From positions 8,981 through 72,980 of the forward strand of contig CAWHGE010000017.1 of NCBI GenBank assembly GCA_963828845.1: a DNA stretch of 64,000 nt, given 5' to 3'. Under the pieces are notes generated by a model. It was given only the letters and a program-made list of their open reading frames with translations. It made no database searches and was not told where the DNA came from. Below, piece by piece: positions 11,771-23,680 of the stretch (position 1 is the stretch's first letter; each line of letters starts with the position of its first letter). Made by a program: the position numbers and the translations under genes. Source of the DNA: an uncultured Chloroflexia bacterium. GTDB taxonomy: Bacteria > Chloroflexota > Anaerolineae > Anaerolineales > UBA4823.

Positions 11771-13160
11771 CTATTCCCCGCTAGACCAATTATGTCGTCG
11801 GGGTGCTGGTTTATGTACTGCTGGGCGGGCTAGAGTTCCTGCGGGATATACACGCACTTCGGTGCGCTGCCCTGCTCCCCCGCCTGCAGTCAGGTTGCTG
11901 TCCTGGGTGTAGCGCCGGTTGTACAGGATGTACTTGTCGTAGCTACGTCCTTGTTCATCAATAGCAGTGCCACCGCTAAAAGTTGGGGCTTCAATGATGA
12001 CATCATAGCTTTCACCAGCACCGATCAGGATCGTGTCGGTCATGTAGCTGGTATCGGTGCCGTCGCGGCCCCTCATGTAGAGTGGCATCACGCCCGACCA
12101 CCTTCATCTTGATACCTGCCAGGGTCATCGCCTCTTCGCGGAAGCCAAGGTTGGCAAAACGCAGCAAGACTCTTTCACCTTCATTGCAAGTGACCAGGGA
12201 AGAGTGTGGGTTATATTGCAAATGCTCGTAGTCCCGGATTGGCCACCAGGTCACCATTGCCATCCGTCTGTATGGTCAATGCATGGGTGGAGGCCGCCAG
12301 GTTGATCGGTGAGTTGGGAAGCAGCGTATCGGGATAGACCCGCCCATTGAGCATGCTGAAATCCGCTTTGAACTGACTCCAATCGGATTCCTGGATGTGG
12401 GCATCGTTCCAGTGACCTTCAGCCCAGATTTCGCTCAGGAACAGGGCGTTCTCTCGATCATAACCGGTTGATCCGTCACCATCGTTGTAGGCATACTTGC
12501 CACTTGGATACAACGATGTGTCGCCATTCTGTAACGGGTCGAACAAACACCAGGCTGGTCATGCCCATGGTCACATGTTCCACATCTTCCACGTGGCAGT
12601 GATACATGTAGGTACCAGGATCATGCGGGCGGAAAACATAGGTAAAGAGCTGTCCGACTGGCACAGCGACTGAACCGGTTGGTTCGCCATCAAAGAACGG
12701 GATCACATTGCGGAAGCCATGCCAGTGTAGGGTGTGGGCATCGGTCAGATCAGGGCGTTGTGCCAGACCCAGGTTGGTGAGCTGAACCTTGAGCTCCTGC
12801 TCTTGATCCACCCAAAAGAAGGGTGCATTGTGCTGCGCTTTATTCTTCTGGTTTGCACGCTGGACATCATCCAGGCCGGTAACATTGCGAAAGCCGAAGA
12901 TATACGTGGTAAATGGTGCAGGTGCATATGTATCAGGATGCCATGGCGGGATGGCTGGATCAGGTGGCATATAGAACCATCCATCCGTTCCGGCAAAGAA
13001 TAGATCATAATTACCAGCAGCGCCAACCACCTGTTCTGGCAGCAAGGTCTTGCGCAGGAATTGAGGCATTACACTTGCCCCGGCAACAATGAAGGCTGCG
13101 CCGCCTGCCAGTTTGAGAAAATCACGCCGGTTGATCGATTGCGAGAAGTTGTTTATTCAT
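11771..13160 (-). CDS. Tat-exported two-domain multicopper oxidase-like protein with type-1 Cu site; frameshifted
   Basis: NRRDFLK Tat motif; HTLHWHG and YMYHCHVEDVEHVTMGM. Confidence 0.88.
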
Positions 13161-13185
13161 ATTATTTCTCCTTTGATTGCTTGCT

Positions 13186-13216
13186 GGCTGGAGAGGGGAG
13201 CTCGCCCTCTCCAGCC
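13186..13216 (-). terminator. Intergenic GC stem-loop between giant gene and MCO gene
   Basis: ggctggagaggg/ccctctccagcc; no clear U tract, may be an mRNA stabiliser. Confidence 0.5.
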
Positions 13217-13230
13217 GGTTGCTGATTGTA

Positions 13231-16200
13231 TTAAGGCACTCGTCGGCGCCGATGTCAAAGCCTGCCGCCGATGACGGTCGGGATTGGTTATCGATATCGA
13301 AGAGCGGGTGCGGTTACGCCATTCTTAGCGTTGGCTGCTTGCCGGTAAGTTCACATGGCTGGTGACCCGCTACCACTCAGGTGGTAATCACCCAACCAGG
13401 TAGGGCGGCAGGTCCACCGTCACCATGATGGCACCGATGAAGTTGATATTGGTGCGCCAGGAGGTGAAGCTCAGAGGGATATCAAGTGTAGCCAATCACC
13501 AGAGGATCAGCCAGCTGTTGGATGCACTCCGAGATGACTCCGGGATGCGCACTCGGCTGAAGGACCGAGTTGGTTGGTGACAGCAGGTTGCTTGATGCTA
13601 CCCACCACGCCCATATCCCAGTAGGATCGGTAAGCATCACCTGCGGCGTGATTCCGGTCACCGTATTGGTGCCGCTTGGTACCAGCCCAGTTATCCCAGA
13701 AGATATCGTTGAACAGCAAGGGATTGCTGAAGAACGGGGAACCACCAGGCAAGGTGGACTTGCAGCTGGTCGCTATTTGCACCGGTCGAAAGACCAGCCG
13801 GGGCAGGCAAACCATCGCTGGTAATGGCGGTTGCAGTGGTCTTGTTATTCATGACCGTGTTGTTATAGAAGCGCACATCGGGAGCATCGTCGAGGGCGAC
13901 ACCGCCGCCTTCGTGCATGGAGACGTTGTTGACGATCATGTTGTTGTACACGTTCATGGGGAAGTTGCCCGCCATGAGGAAGCGTAGACCACCACCGTCG
14001 TCTTCAGCCATGTTGGCCTGGATCAGGTTGTTGTAGATATCCACCGGCACCTGAACCTTGCGGTCCACCGGGCTGACCATAGCTCGCAGTGGGATCGGTA
14101 GCCAATTCACCGGCGATGATGATGCCAGCACCTTCATCGTACGAGTGGTTGTAGTAGATGCGGTTATCGTGGATCTTGCCATTGGGGCTGATAGCCGAAG
14201 TGGCTGATGGCACCACCGTATTCAGCTGAGAAGTTACCGCACAGGTCGTTGCTGGCGATCTCGTATCCATCAGCGCCATTGAAGAGACCGATGGCACCTG
14301 CCAGGTTGGTACCACCGTTGGCAAAGATGCGGTTGTTGGCGATGCGCAGGTTCTCGTTATGCTGGTTGGTATCCGGACCAGTCAGGTTGGGTGTACCGAT
14401 GCGGATGGTGCCGTACGAGCCGCCGTTGCTGTCGATCAGGTTGTTGGTGATCTGCAGGTTGCGCGCGTAGGCGTTGGCAAAGATGGCCCCGCCCTGGGTG
14501 ACTACCTGGACTGCCTGGAGAGGTCCGGGGAAACCGCCAAAGATGGCATTGAGGTTGCCCGGAAGTCCCTGCTGGTCGCCACCGCGGATTTCAAAGCCGT
14601 CGATGGAGGCCTTGAAGATTGAACCGAACTGGCGGGCCTGGTTGGGTCCGGTGGTCTGGTTCTGCAGAGGCCAGCACGTAGATCACCTGGCCATCGTTGA
14701 TATCCTGGGAACCATCCCAGGTCAGGCTGCTGATTTTTGTCAGCCAATCCGTCGCCAGGTGTGGTATCACCACCAAAGGCGATGCCATCGATGATCGAGC
14801 CTTGGACGGGTGTGCCATCCGGATACACGCCACCAGGTCCAACGCCTTGCAGCTTGACCGGCGAGTACATGATCAGGTTCTCGTAGTACGCACCGCGTCC
14901 GTTATAGCGTGGGTTGCTGTGATCTACTGCGCCGGGTAGACTACTACCAGCGAGTCTTGACCGGGGAGTGAGGCGGCTGCATCGAGTGCACTCTGGATGG
15001 TGGTGATAAGCATGGCCTGGACCGACTTCGTATACGGTCGGGTTGTAAATGCTGCAGGGCATTTCCACCACCGAAGTTGTCGAAGCGGGCATCGTTCGCT
15101 ACTGAGAAGTTCCAACGAACCGGACGCCGATGCTGCCGCCAGCTTGTGCCAGAGACGATAGGCCAGTAGGGTGTCGGTCCAGTGGTCGTCACATTGACGC
15201 TGCCGATCAGGACTGCCGTTTTTATATACATCGACAGTTCCATCTGCAGAAGCGATCGCACCGAGCTGATCATCCTAGCAGCTAAAGGTCACGGGGAAGG
15301 TGGCTCGCAGTGCTGCGCTGTTGGAATTCTGGCCGCGTCACTTTCGTGCGAACCGCGACAGCGTTGGTTACCATTGTAGGCAACCTCGATCCACGAGGCG
15401 CCGTTGCTGTTCGGGTCTGCCTCCGCTGAACTTGAGCAGCAAGCCTTGCTCAGTCCCGCTTGAGCTCACCTTGGTAAAGGTGAAGTAGGCTTCCTGGTCA
15501 GCGCCGAACGAGGTTCGGGAGCCCACCAGGCATTGCCGGTGCTGCGTACTTGAACGACACCATCGGGGTTGATGCTCGGGAAGTGCTGGATACGGAAGGT
15601 ACCCTGGGTGTTGCCGTCGCCGCCCCAGTTGCTACCCAACCCACCATTGGCACGATTGAAATTGTCCAGTACACTGGTCTGTGGGAAGGTGCCGCTGCAA
15701 GCACGTGGAAAGTCAGGCCATTGACTGTGCTCTTGCCGTTGGCAGCTGTGATCTTGAGCTGGTGCGGACCTGGCACGGTTCCAGCCGGTACGGTTACGTC
15801 AATATGAGTAGCGCTCCAGCTGGTTGTTGGTAGTGCAACACCATCCAAGGTCACCTGACCTGGTGTAGGTCCCAAAGCCCTGACCATCGATGGTAAACGA
15901 ACCTGAGCCGTTCACATAAGGTTGCGAAACTGCAAATAGCTCGGGGGTTATCCCTGCACCATTTGGAGTCACCCAGTAGTGCGGCTGGATCGTTCAGCGT
16001 GCAGACAGCTGGCTTGACTCGTCTGCAAACCCGGGATCTGAACAGCTACGGCCACTGGCGTAGGCGCCAGGTCAGCCGGGAGGGTCAGGCCAGGGAAGGC
16101 TTCGAACTCAGCCGAGATGGTGCGGTATTGAGGGTTGTAGTTCGCATTCCAACGACCCGGAGTACCGGGATCGTTGCCAACGAAGCGATACAGGTTGGCA

Positions 16201-19200
16201 CATACACCGGAAGGTGTTGGACAGCTGATGCGGTTGGTGGAAGGCAGAAGCACATCCCACAGACCGTTGTAATCTGATTCGACTGTGTAGATCAACCGGT
16301 TGGTGTAATCATAGATACCGACCGGAGCGAAAGATACAGGCAACTTCTCGCCATAAGCGATCGATTTGGGGTTGCTGGAGAAGTTGAGATCATCCACGAT
16401 CAAACCCCAGAAGCGGCCTGGAAGCGGAACATCGGTGAACAGGTTGAAACCCGGGGCGATCGACTTGCGATCACTGAGACGGACCAGTTTCATATCGCAT
16501 AGAGGCTTCTGCTTGTCCTTCGTATATCGATCCGCCAATATCAACGAAGGTGGGATTATCGGTGGGTGTAGAAGCGGGAACGGTAACACCAACGGGCAAT
16601 GACCGTTGACTATCGTAACCAGCTCCGACAACTGCTGGATAATTGTCTGTATCCGCTACCTGCGACATCCACCGTATGTAATGGACCAGCACAAGGCGGA
16701 GGTGGAACCTGCGGGACGAACGAATCGCCATTGGCGATGTTGATATCTTCTTCACGGGTCACTTTGTATAATGCGGCATTCGGGTGGACAGCCGCAGCGC
16801 CATATACATCTGCCTCGGTTGGGATTTCGACTTTGACCAGATAATCCCGGTTGGAAGGTAAGGATAGGAAATCGCCAGTTGAACAAGTCTCCAGATGTCG
16901 GATCAAACGCACCGGGAGTGCCATCAGCCAGGAAACAACCATCGCCGAAGCCATAGTTGCCATCCACGCTGGCACCGAAGTTCGGTGCCATCAGACATGG
17001 GACCAAACTGCACACCCATCATGGGGGCTTCCAGGCAGGGTTGGCATTTCCGGGTGTATCTGAACCGAGTGGCAACACCTGCTCATCTACTCCATTGAAC
17101 CAACGGATTGCCGTCCACATTGCGGGCAACACAACCGGTGGGTCGTTCCCAGGTTTCTGAGACATACTGGTTCAACAATGGACCCAGGGCATAGGAACCA
17201 TCTGGATTCAGCTGCATAAATTCCATTCGCATCGCACGGTGCGTCGGGTTACGTCCATCATAGGGGCAAGCTACCGGAGCATACAGGTCGACCGTCAAGC
17301 CCGAAATGCTGGGCTGCCAGTCTTCAATGGCTGCATAAGCAGGATTCAGCTCATTGCGGGTGGTATCGTAACTGATGGTGCCTACGATGCCGCCGTTCGT
17401 TCCAGGAGCATAGGCTTTCACGCCCCAATCCAGGCGACCGCCCAGGCCAATGACCGGATGAACGTTCACATCCACACCCTGGCCGAGTATCGTGGTTTCT
17501 TCGGGCTGGTTATCCGCCTGGTAGGTGATACCGGTGGTCTGGAAGCCATCAGCATAGGCTTCTTCCACCAGCCATTGGGTGATTGGGTAGGCATTTTCCA
17601 TCCAGTAATAACCGTTTGCATCGGTGGTCACCAGGGTTGCGCCGCGGTCCATGATGGAATTCTCACGCGTGCGCATCACAATGGGGAAGTTAGGAATGCC
17701 CGGCTCACCGGCATCCATCTTGCCGTTTTCATTGAGATCATTGAAAACGTGACCTTCGATGGTGGTCCACCAACCTAGCATGGATAATGAACCCAGGTCA
17801 ACAATCTCACCATTTCGAACAGAGACGTTCTGTTCAAGGAAGATATAATCCTGGGGCTCATCCCAAACTCCGAGAACATAATCTCCATCCGGAACATTCG
17901 GGATAGTGAAGTTAACCGGTGGACAACCGGCAGCTTCGTTACAATCGAACTCTCCCATATAAACAGTCTGATCGTTATTGTTGAGATCAGATAAGGAGAC
18001 GAATAAGCGGTGGATTGGATTTACATCCTTGGGTTTTGCACCCAGCAGACCGGCTTCACCGCCGATACCGCCTACGGGAGGGATATAGGCACTCACAGCC
18101 AGTGCAGTACCTTTGATCGTCGCCACTGCCTGGCTGCCATGGTATTCGTGGGTTGGACAAAACCGAAGAAGGTGGCGGGGAAGGGTTCACCTGCCACGAC
18201 GAATTCGGTATCCAGACCAGTGGCACCTTCCATCACCCAGGCATCCCAGTCATGGTTGCCTTCCAGGGTGGTGGTCTGAGCCCAATCGGTGCCCGTCGGG
18301 TCTGACAACGGATAAGGCATAGCGGTTGGGACCAAGGTGCGGGATGATTAATTTGCCCTCAATCACTGCACGTAGCAGAAACTGGTAAGGTTCCGTATCA
18401 GTTGTAGTTGCATCGGCAGGAAGATCATCGCGGAATGGGCAATCGGCCATCGGCATCATCGATGGGTGCGACGATACCGAGATCGACACCACCATCAACC
18501 ACGTAACATTGGCTTACGCAATGAGCCATCACCGCAAACGGGATCGCCATATACATCCGTTGTGACTTCATCAATGTAATCCGCGATGTGGCCTTCAAAA
18601 CCAGCCAAACCGCGTTCAGCGGGTACATCCGGGGCACTATTGGTGGGAGCAACATCTTCAAAAACTTCCGCCTGAATGGTTGCGTCTGGAAGATCATAGG
18701 GCTGCATTTCTACGGTGACATATGGCCAGTTCGCGATCAGCCATGGTACAGTGAAATGTGCACCATCGATCTTGTAATTATCAGCCAGCACCGAGATCAG
18801 ATAACGCCCATCGGGTAGAGTAATACCAGGACCGAAGTCGGTCTCGATCACCCTGAGTGTAGATCGGGCTGGAGCTGGCTACACCGGCAATTGAAACCCA
18901 ATTGCATGAGCCAGGGTAACCAGCATCCTGTGGTGAACATCCAGTGCCAGGTTCAGGACTTCTTTGCTCGGTGGTACCAGTGTTATCCACATTGATGATG
19001 TATTTGAATTGAGTAATTGGATCGCCTTTTGATATCCCATAGGTAGCGCTATCATTCGCGCTGATTACCTTCAATATGAAGGGTATTTGTTTGCCGCTTT
19101 GGCGGGGGTTGCTGTTAAAGAGTTAAGTGGCCCGAGAGCTGTAACAAGCATCACCAGGGTCACCAAAAGCCGGAATAGATTAAAACCTTTATTCGATTTG

Positions 19201-19218
19201 TGAATTCTTACCTTTCAT
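13231..19218 (-). CDS. Giant (~2000 aa) secreted multidomain protein: SdrD-B-like, IPT/TIG, right-handed beta-helix, choice-of-anchor-Q-like tail; heavily frameshifted
   Basis: Signal-like N-terminus; GHVFNDLNENGKMDAGEPGI; GQVTLDGVALPTTSWSATHIDVTVP; TIQSALDAA; NNMIVNNVS/GGG repeats; ends GFDIGADE; no internal RBS/gap seen. Confidence 0.7.
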
Positions 19219-19509
19219 GGATTAGCCTCCTTTGAAATATTGGTTGGATAACTATGATTGATTGAGATTACTCATGAACCGATTAACTCTCCTTTCATGT
19301 GTTAGAAGTAGATATTCATGGCACGATACAACAAATAGTCTTAGGAACTGTTGTTGAGCCTAGTTGGTAATGTGATAACGTGCGTTCAAAAACTTCTTTC
19401 CCCTGTTTAAGGTGCCTATAGGTTACTGGAGAAGCCAGAAGGTGTATACGCACTCTTGTGGCCCATTAAGGAATCAAAAAAGAGCCATTTATTAATGGCT
19501 CTTTTTTGA

Positions 19510-19539
19510 AAAAGGATTAACCCCAGGGTTAATCCTTTT
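19510..19539. terminator. Intrinsic terminator after response regulator
   Basis: aaaaggattaaccc/gggttaatcctttt. Confidence 0.75.
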
Positions 19540-19543
19540 AGTT

Positions 19544-20196
19544 CTATTTGATTAAACCTGCTTGTTGGGCATATAGGATCGCTGCTCGTGCGGTTCTTCA
19601 GCCTTAACTTGGCCAGAATATTATGTATATGATGTTTAACTGTGTTCACGGATAGAAAATAGTTTGGTCGCGATTTCCCCATTCGACGCACCCAGGGCTA
19701 TCTCCCGTAAAATTTCAATCTCACGCTGACTGAGAACACTCTGTGTATTGCAAACCTCACTGGAGACTCCATTATATGGTGCTGTGAGAATTCCTCCAGG
19801 AGACGCATGGTCATTGATCCCGAGATGGCTGCTTCACCTTTTTCGATTGATTTTAACGAGCTCACCAATTTCGCTCACCGGCACATTCTTTAACAGATAT
19901 CCCTTGGCACCACTCCGGATGGCTGCAATCAACTTATCATCCGCGTCATACATGGTCAGGAAGACAATCTTACATCCGGGTTGCTCTGCTAAGATAGCTG
20001 CAGAAGCTTCAGCACCATCACCATCCGGCAAGCTGAAATCCATCAGGATTAATTCGGGTCGGAGTTTACTGGCTAAATATATTGCTTCATGAACCGATCC
20101 GGCCTGACCGACAACATTAAAATATTTATCTGCTTTGAGTAAACTGACCAAACCTTCACGAAATAACACATGATCATCAACGACGAGTACTTTCAC
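19544..20196 (-). CDS. NarL/LuxR-family response regulator; frameshifted
   Basis: VLVVDDH, ILMD, GYLLK receiver; LSVNTVKHHIHNILAKL HTH. Confidence 0.9.
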
Positions 20197-20220
20197 ACTT
20201 CACCTCTCTTATAAAACTCT

Positions 20221-21620
20221 TCACTCATCAGACGCAATTAATGGCAAGCAGGAGCATGACTTCTGTACCCTGCCCTGGGGTGCTGTTGATTTCTGCATTT
20301 TCCTCCAAGAGATTGAATCCGTTCATCAATAATGTGAAGTCCATAATGACCATCATAGCGCAGTTTCATCTGAGCTAAAACCCCGTCCATCATCCCAAAT
20401 ATTCACCTTAAGGTGTGTATCCGTCCAGGATAAGTGTACCTTTGCGTGGCTGGCACCAGAATGTTTTTCGATATTGTACAGAGACTCTTTAAACGCGTAA
20501 AGGAGCTGTTTTAAATGGTTTGGTGGTATGGAACGTGGCAGACCTTCTTCATCGATATTTACGGAAATCCCGGCACGTTTGGCAATAATTTGCGTGTGTG
20601 CTTTGAATAGTTCATTGATCTGATGGTCACTTCCATGATGCAGGATGACCAGGGTATTCCTCACCAGTTCGTATGATTCATTGGCAAGCTCGCGCAGATG
20701 TTCGAGCTCATTTTTCAATGTGCGCAATGAATACTTCTCACCTGCAGTTAGTATCTGATCAAGTTTGAGATGCAAATATCCCAGATTCTGACCTAGTGTA
20801 TCATGCAGGTCACGGGCGATTTCCAAGCGTTCGTTACTGGCTGCTTGGCAACTTCTATGGCGTGCTGTTCTTGTCTTTGGTTAGCTGCACTCAAACCAAT
20901 GGCAATATCATCTGCGGTATTACTTAACAGTTGAGCATGTTCATTTGTTAAATACTTGTGTTTCGGCAGGATCATATAAAGCATCCCTATTGGCAGATCC
21001 CCATAATTAATAGAGATGTGATAACACTGCCGCTTTCCATCTCTATCTTCGCTAATTTTGTCGCAATCAACCAGGTGGACATTGGGAGCGATAGTGACTG
21101 ATATCATCTGTACAACAGGCATCTCTGGATATGGTTTTGACTTGGATTTCAATATTCTCAGATGGAGCTATCCAGCTCTGCTTCTGTGACGAAATTATCA
21201 TTATCCTGGTCAAAGATCAGTAGCGATGTTGCTGACACCGGTAATATGGAGGATGGATATTGGAGTACCCTGGTTACAACATCCTCCCAATTTTTCGCAG
21301 AAATCAATTGCATGCTGAGGTTATGCCGGGCATCCAATATCATGATGGTCTGATTCTTGGCAATCACTGCTTTGATGGCCAGCTTCAACCATTACTGCTG
21401 TGACGGCGATTAATGTATAGTACATCGCAATTTCTTTAAAAAAATATAAACTATTGTCGGTAAGAAAGTCAGGATGCTCAATAATTTCGAATATACCCAA
21501 GAAGATTGTGGTCAAATAGCAAAATAACGATCCGCCAACGAATGAGAAAATTCTGTATCTTCCCAACAAGAGGGCGAAATTCATTAATCCTGGAGCGTGA
21601 CGAAAGTACCATTTCCTCAC
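20221..21620 (-). CDS. NarX-like HisKA_3 sensor histidine kinase with TM and GAF-like region; frameshifted
   Basis: EIARDLHDTLGQ, ESLYNIEKHS, DDGRGF. Confidence 0.85.
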
Positions 21621-21942
21621 CTAATTTGTCCGTATTGCGAAGATTTTACAACAGATATGCAATTATTCTATTCGAATCACATTAGTATTCATTAATAACA
21701 GATTTTTTAGGAAAGAGCATATTCCACATTATTCACACTAACAAATGATTATGGATTTTTACCCTTTACGAATAGAGGAATAATTTAGTACCGCTGGTGG
21801 ATGTAATTTGCGAACTCTGGCAATCATGATCTGATAACACGAGGCAATAACTAATCACTATCGTAACTGCATGAGTTCTCCTTCCGGGCAGAACTGCAGG
21901 CTATTTTTTTCTTTGATCTTTTACATCACCTTCCTAGCAAAT

Positions 21943-22825
21943 TTATCCCACAATGGCGAGGTTGTGGTGCCGTAGACTGTTTATCACCGGACCTGGTGCC
22001 TCTCCAAGCTGAAAGTGGTAAAGGCGCATCGTCCTGAACAGCGAGTTCAATCGGGCGCAGCCAGGGAAAGCGGGCCAGGCGTGGCTCTGGCCGGTCGAAG
22101 AATCCCCACTCGTCGAGCAAACGAATGCCATCGCCCCAGCCTTCGAGCTTCTGACCGCGCCAGATTCCCCAATGGACACGGAGAACAACCTTTGTGGTGG
22201 ACATTTGGAGGTTGTGCACCCAGACATGGAGTGGCGAATAGGCATCGAAGACCAGCTCCGCGCCTGGAAAACGGTCACGCAACGTCAGCACCAATGACTT
22301 GACCTGCGCTTCTTTGAAGTACATGAAAACACCTTCGGCCAAGAACAGGAAGGGTCGCTGGCGATGTGCGCTCACAGTGTCCAGCCAGGCATCCTCGAGT
22401 ATTGAACAGCCCAACAGGCGATGACGCCCCACTTCGTCGCTGATATACTTACGGCGCAGCTCGATGACCTCTGGTAAATCCAGGTCGTACCACACCACCT
22501 GCTCATTACGCTCGGCGACGCGCTCGAAGCGTGAATCGAGACCGCACCCGATGTGAACTACAACCGCCTCCGGGTGGCGCCTCAGGAACTCCCGTGCATA
22601 GCGGTCGAATTCCCGGTTGCGCAGGATTATCACTAACTTATTCGCCTCACTCAGTGGGATCTTTCTGATCTGGGCGAAGTCGTAGCTCATCTGTGCGACC
22701 AGCGCCACAGCCTTATCGTCTTTAATCAAGGCGTCTGGGCGCTGCGATTCCTCCGCCCGCAGGTAAAGTGTGACGAGCAGCGATTCAGACACACTACTCA
22801 GTCCTTGATCAGTATTCTCAAACAT
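21943..22825 (-). CDS. Class I SAM-dependent methyltransferase (LCM/TcmP-like); frameshift near 3' end
   Basis: VVHIGCGLDSR, WYDLDLPEVI, FLAEGVFMY. Confidence 0.9.
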
Positions 22826-22835
22826 ACCGCCCTCC

Positions 22836-23657
22836 TTAGAGTTGATAGTGAAAAACGCCTATCCCCGTGGAGAGGAATGGAACCAGGCGCACCTTCAGAG
22901 CACGGCGAAGACGATGCTCAGGGTACTGGAAGGGGAACCGCTCATCGAGCAGATGGATGCCATCACTCCATCCCTCGAGGTTCTGGGGATGTTTCAGAGC
23001 CCAGTGCAAGGGGGCGCCGATTCTGGTGCGGGCGACCTTGATATTGTGCGACCAGCGGAGGAACGGTGAATAGGCATCGAAGACCAGCTCCGCGCCAGGG
23101 AAACAATCATGCAGCATCAGCACCAGCGACTTGACCTGCGCACCTTCGAAGTACATGAAAACACCTTCGGCCAAAAACAGGAAGGGGCGCTGGTGATGTA
23201 CGCTTACTGCCTGCAGCCAGGCATCCTCGAATACCGAGCATGCCAGCAGATGATAGTGCTCCTTCTCATCACCAATGAACTTACGGCGTAGCTCAATGAC
23301 TTCCGGCAAATCCAGGTCGTACCACTCCACATGACCATTGCGCTCCGCGACGCGCTCAAAGCGTGTGTCAAGGCCGCACCCGATGTGGAGCACGACCACC
23401 TCCGGGTGGCGCTCCAGAAAATCCTGGGCGAAGCGGTCGAAATCCTGGGTTTTCAGGATCACAACGAGCCGGGTGGAATCTTCGGTCAGGGCTGTCGTCT
23501 TGTGCAAGGCCTCCTGATCCAATTGGCGGACCAGCGCTTCGGCTCGCTCGTCTTTGATCAGGGCATCTGGGCGTTGTGATTCGATGGCTCGGATGTAGAG
23601 CGTGATGAGCGACGTTTCAGGTACACCGCTCAGAGTTGGGGATTTTATTTCAGGCAT
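22836..23657 (-). CDS. Class I SAM-dependent methyltransferase (LCM/TcmP-like), tandem paralog
   Basis: VLHIGCGLDTR, WYDLDLPEVI, FLAEGVFMY. Confidence 0.9.
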   Translation of the reverse strand: MPEIKSPTLSGVPETSLITLYIRAIESQRPDALIKDERAEALVRQLDQEALHKTTALTEDSTRLVVILKTQDFDRFAQDFLERHPEVVVLHIGCGLDTRFERVAERNGHVEWYDLDLPEVIELRRKFIGDEKEHYHLLACSVFEDAWLQAVSVHHQRPFLFLAEGVFMYFEGAQVKSLVLMLHDCFPGAELVFDAYSPFLRWSHNIKVARTRIGAPLHWALKHPQNLEGWSDGIHLLDERFPFQYPEHRLRRALKVRLVPFLSTGIGVFHYQL

Positions 23658-23680
23658 AGCTAACCTCTACCGAAGCTCCT

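Noticed and set aside
11771..13160. Calling cupredoxin A a NirK nitrite reductase or ordinary small laccase
   Set aside because: Its second domain lacks the His ligands either enzyme needs in a homotrimer
4015..19218. Programmed frameshifting or phase variation as cause of fragmentation
   Set aside because: Indels are numerous, scattered, not confined to slippery tracts, and also affect housekeeping genes
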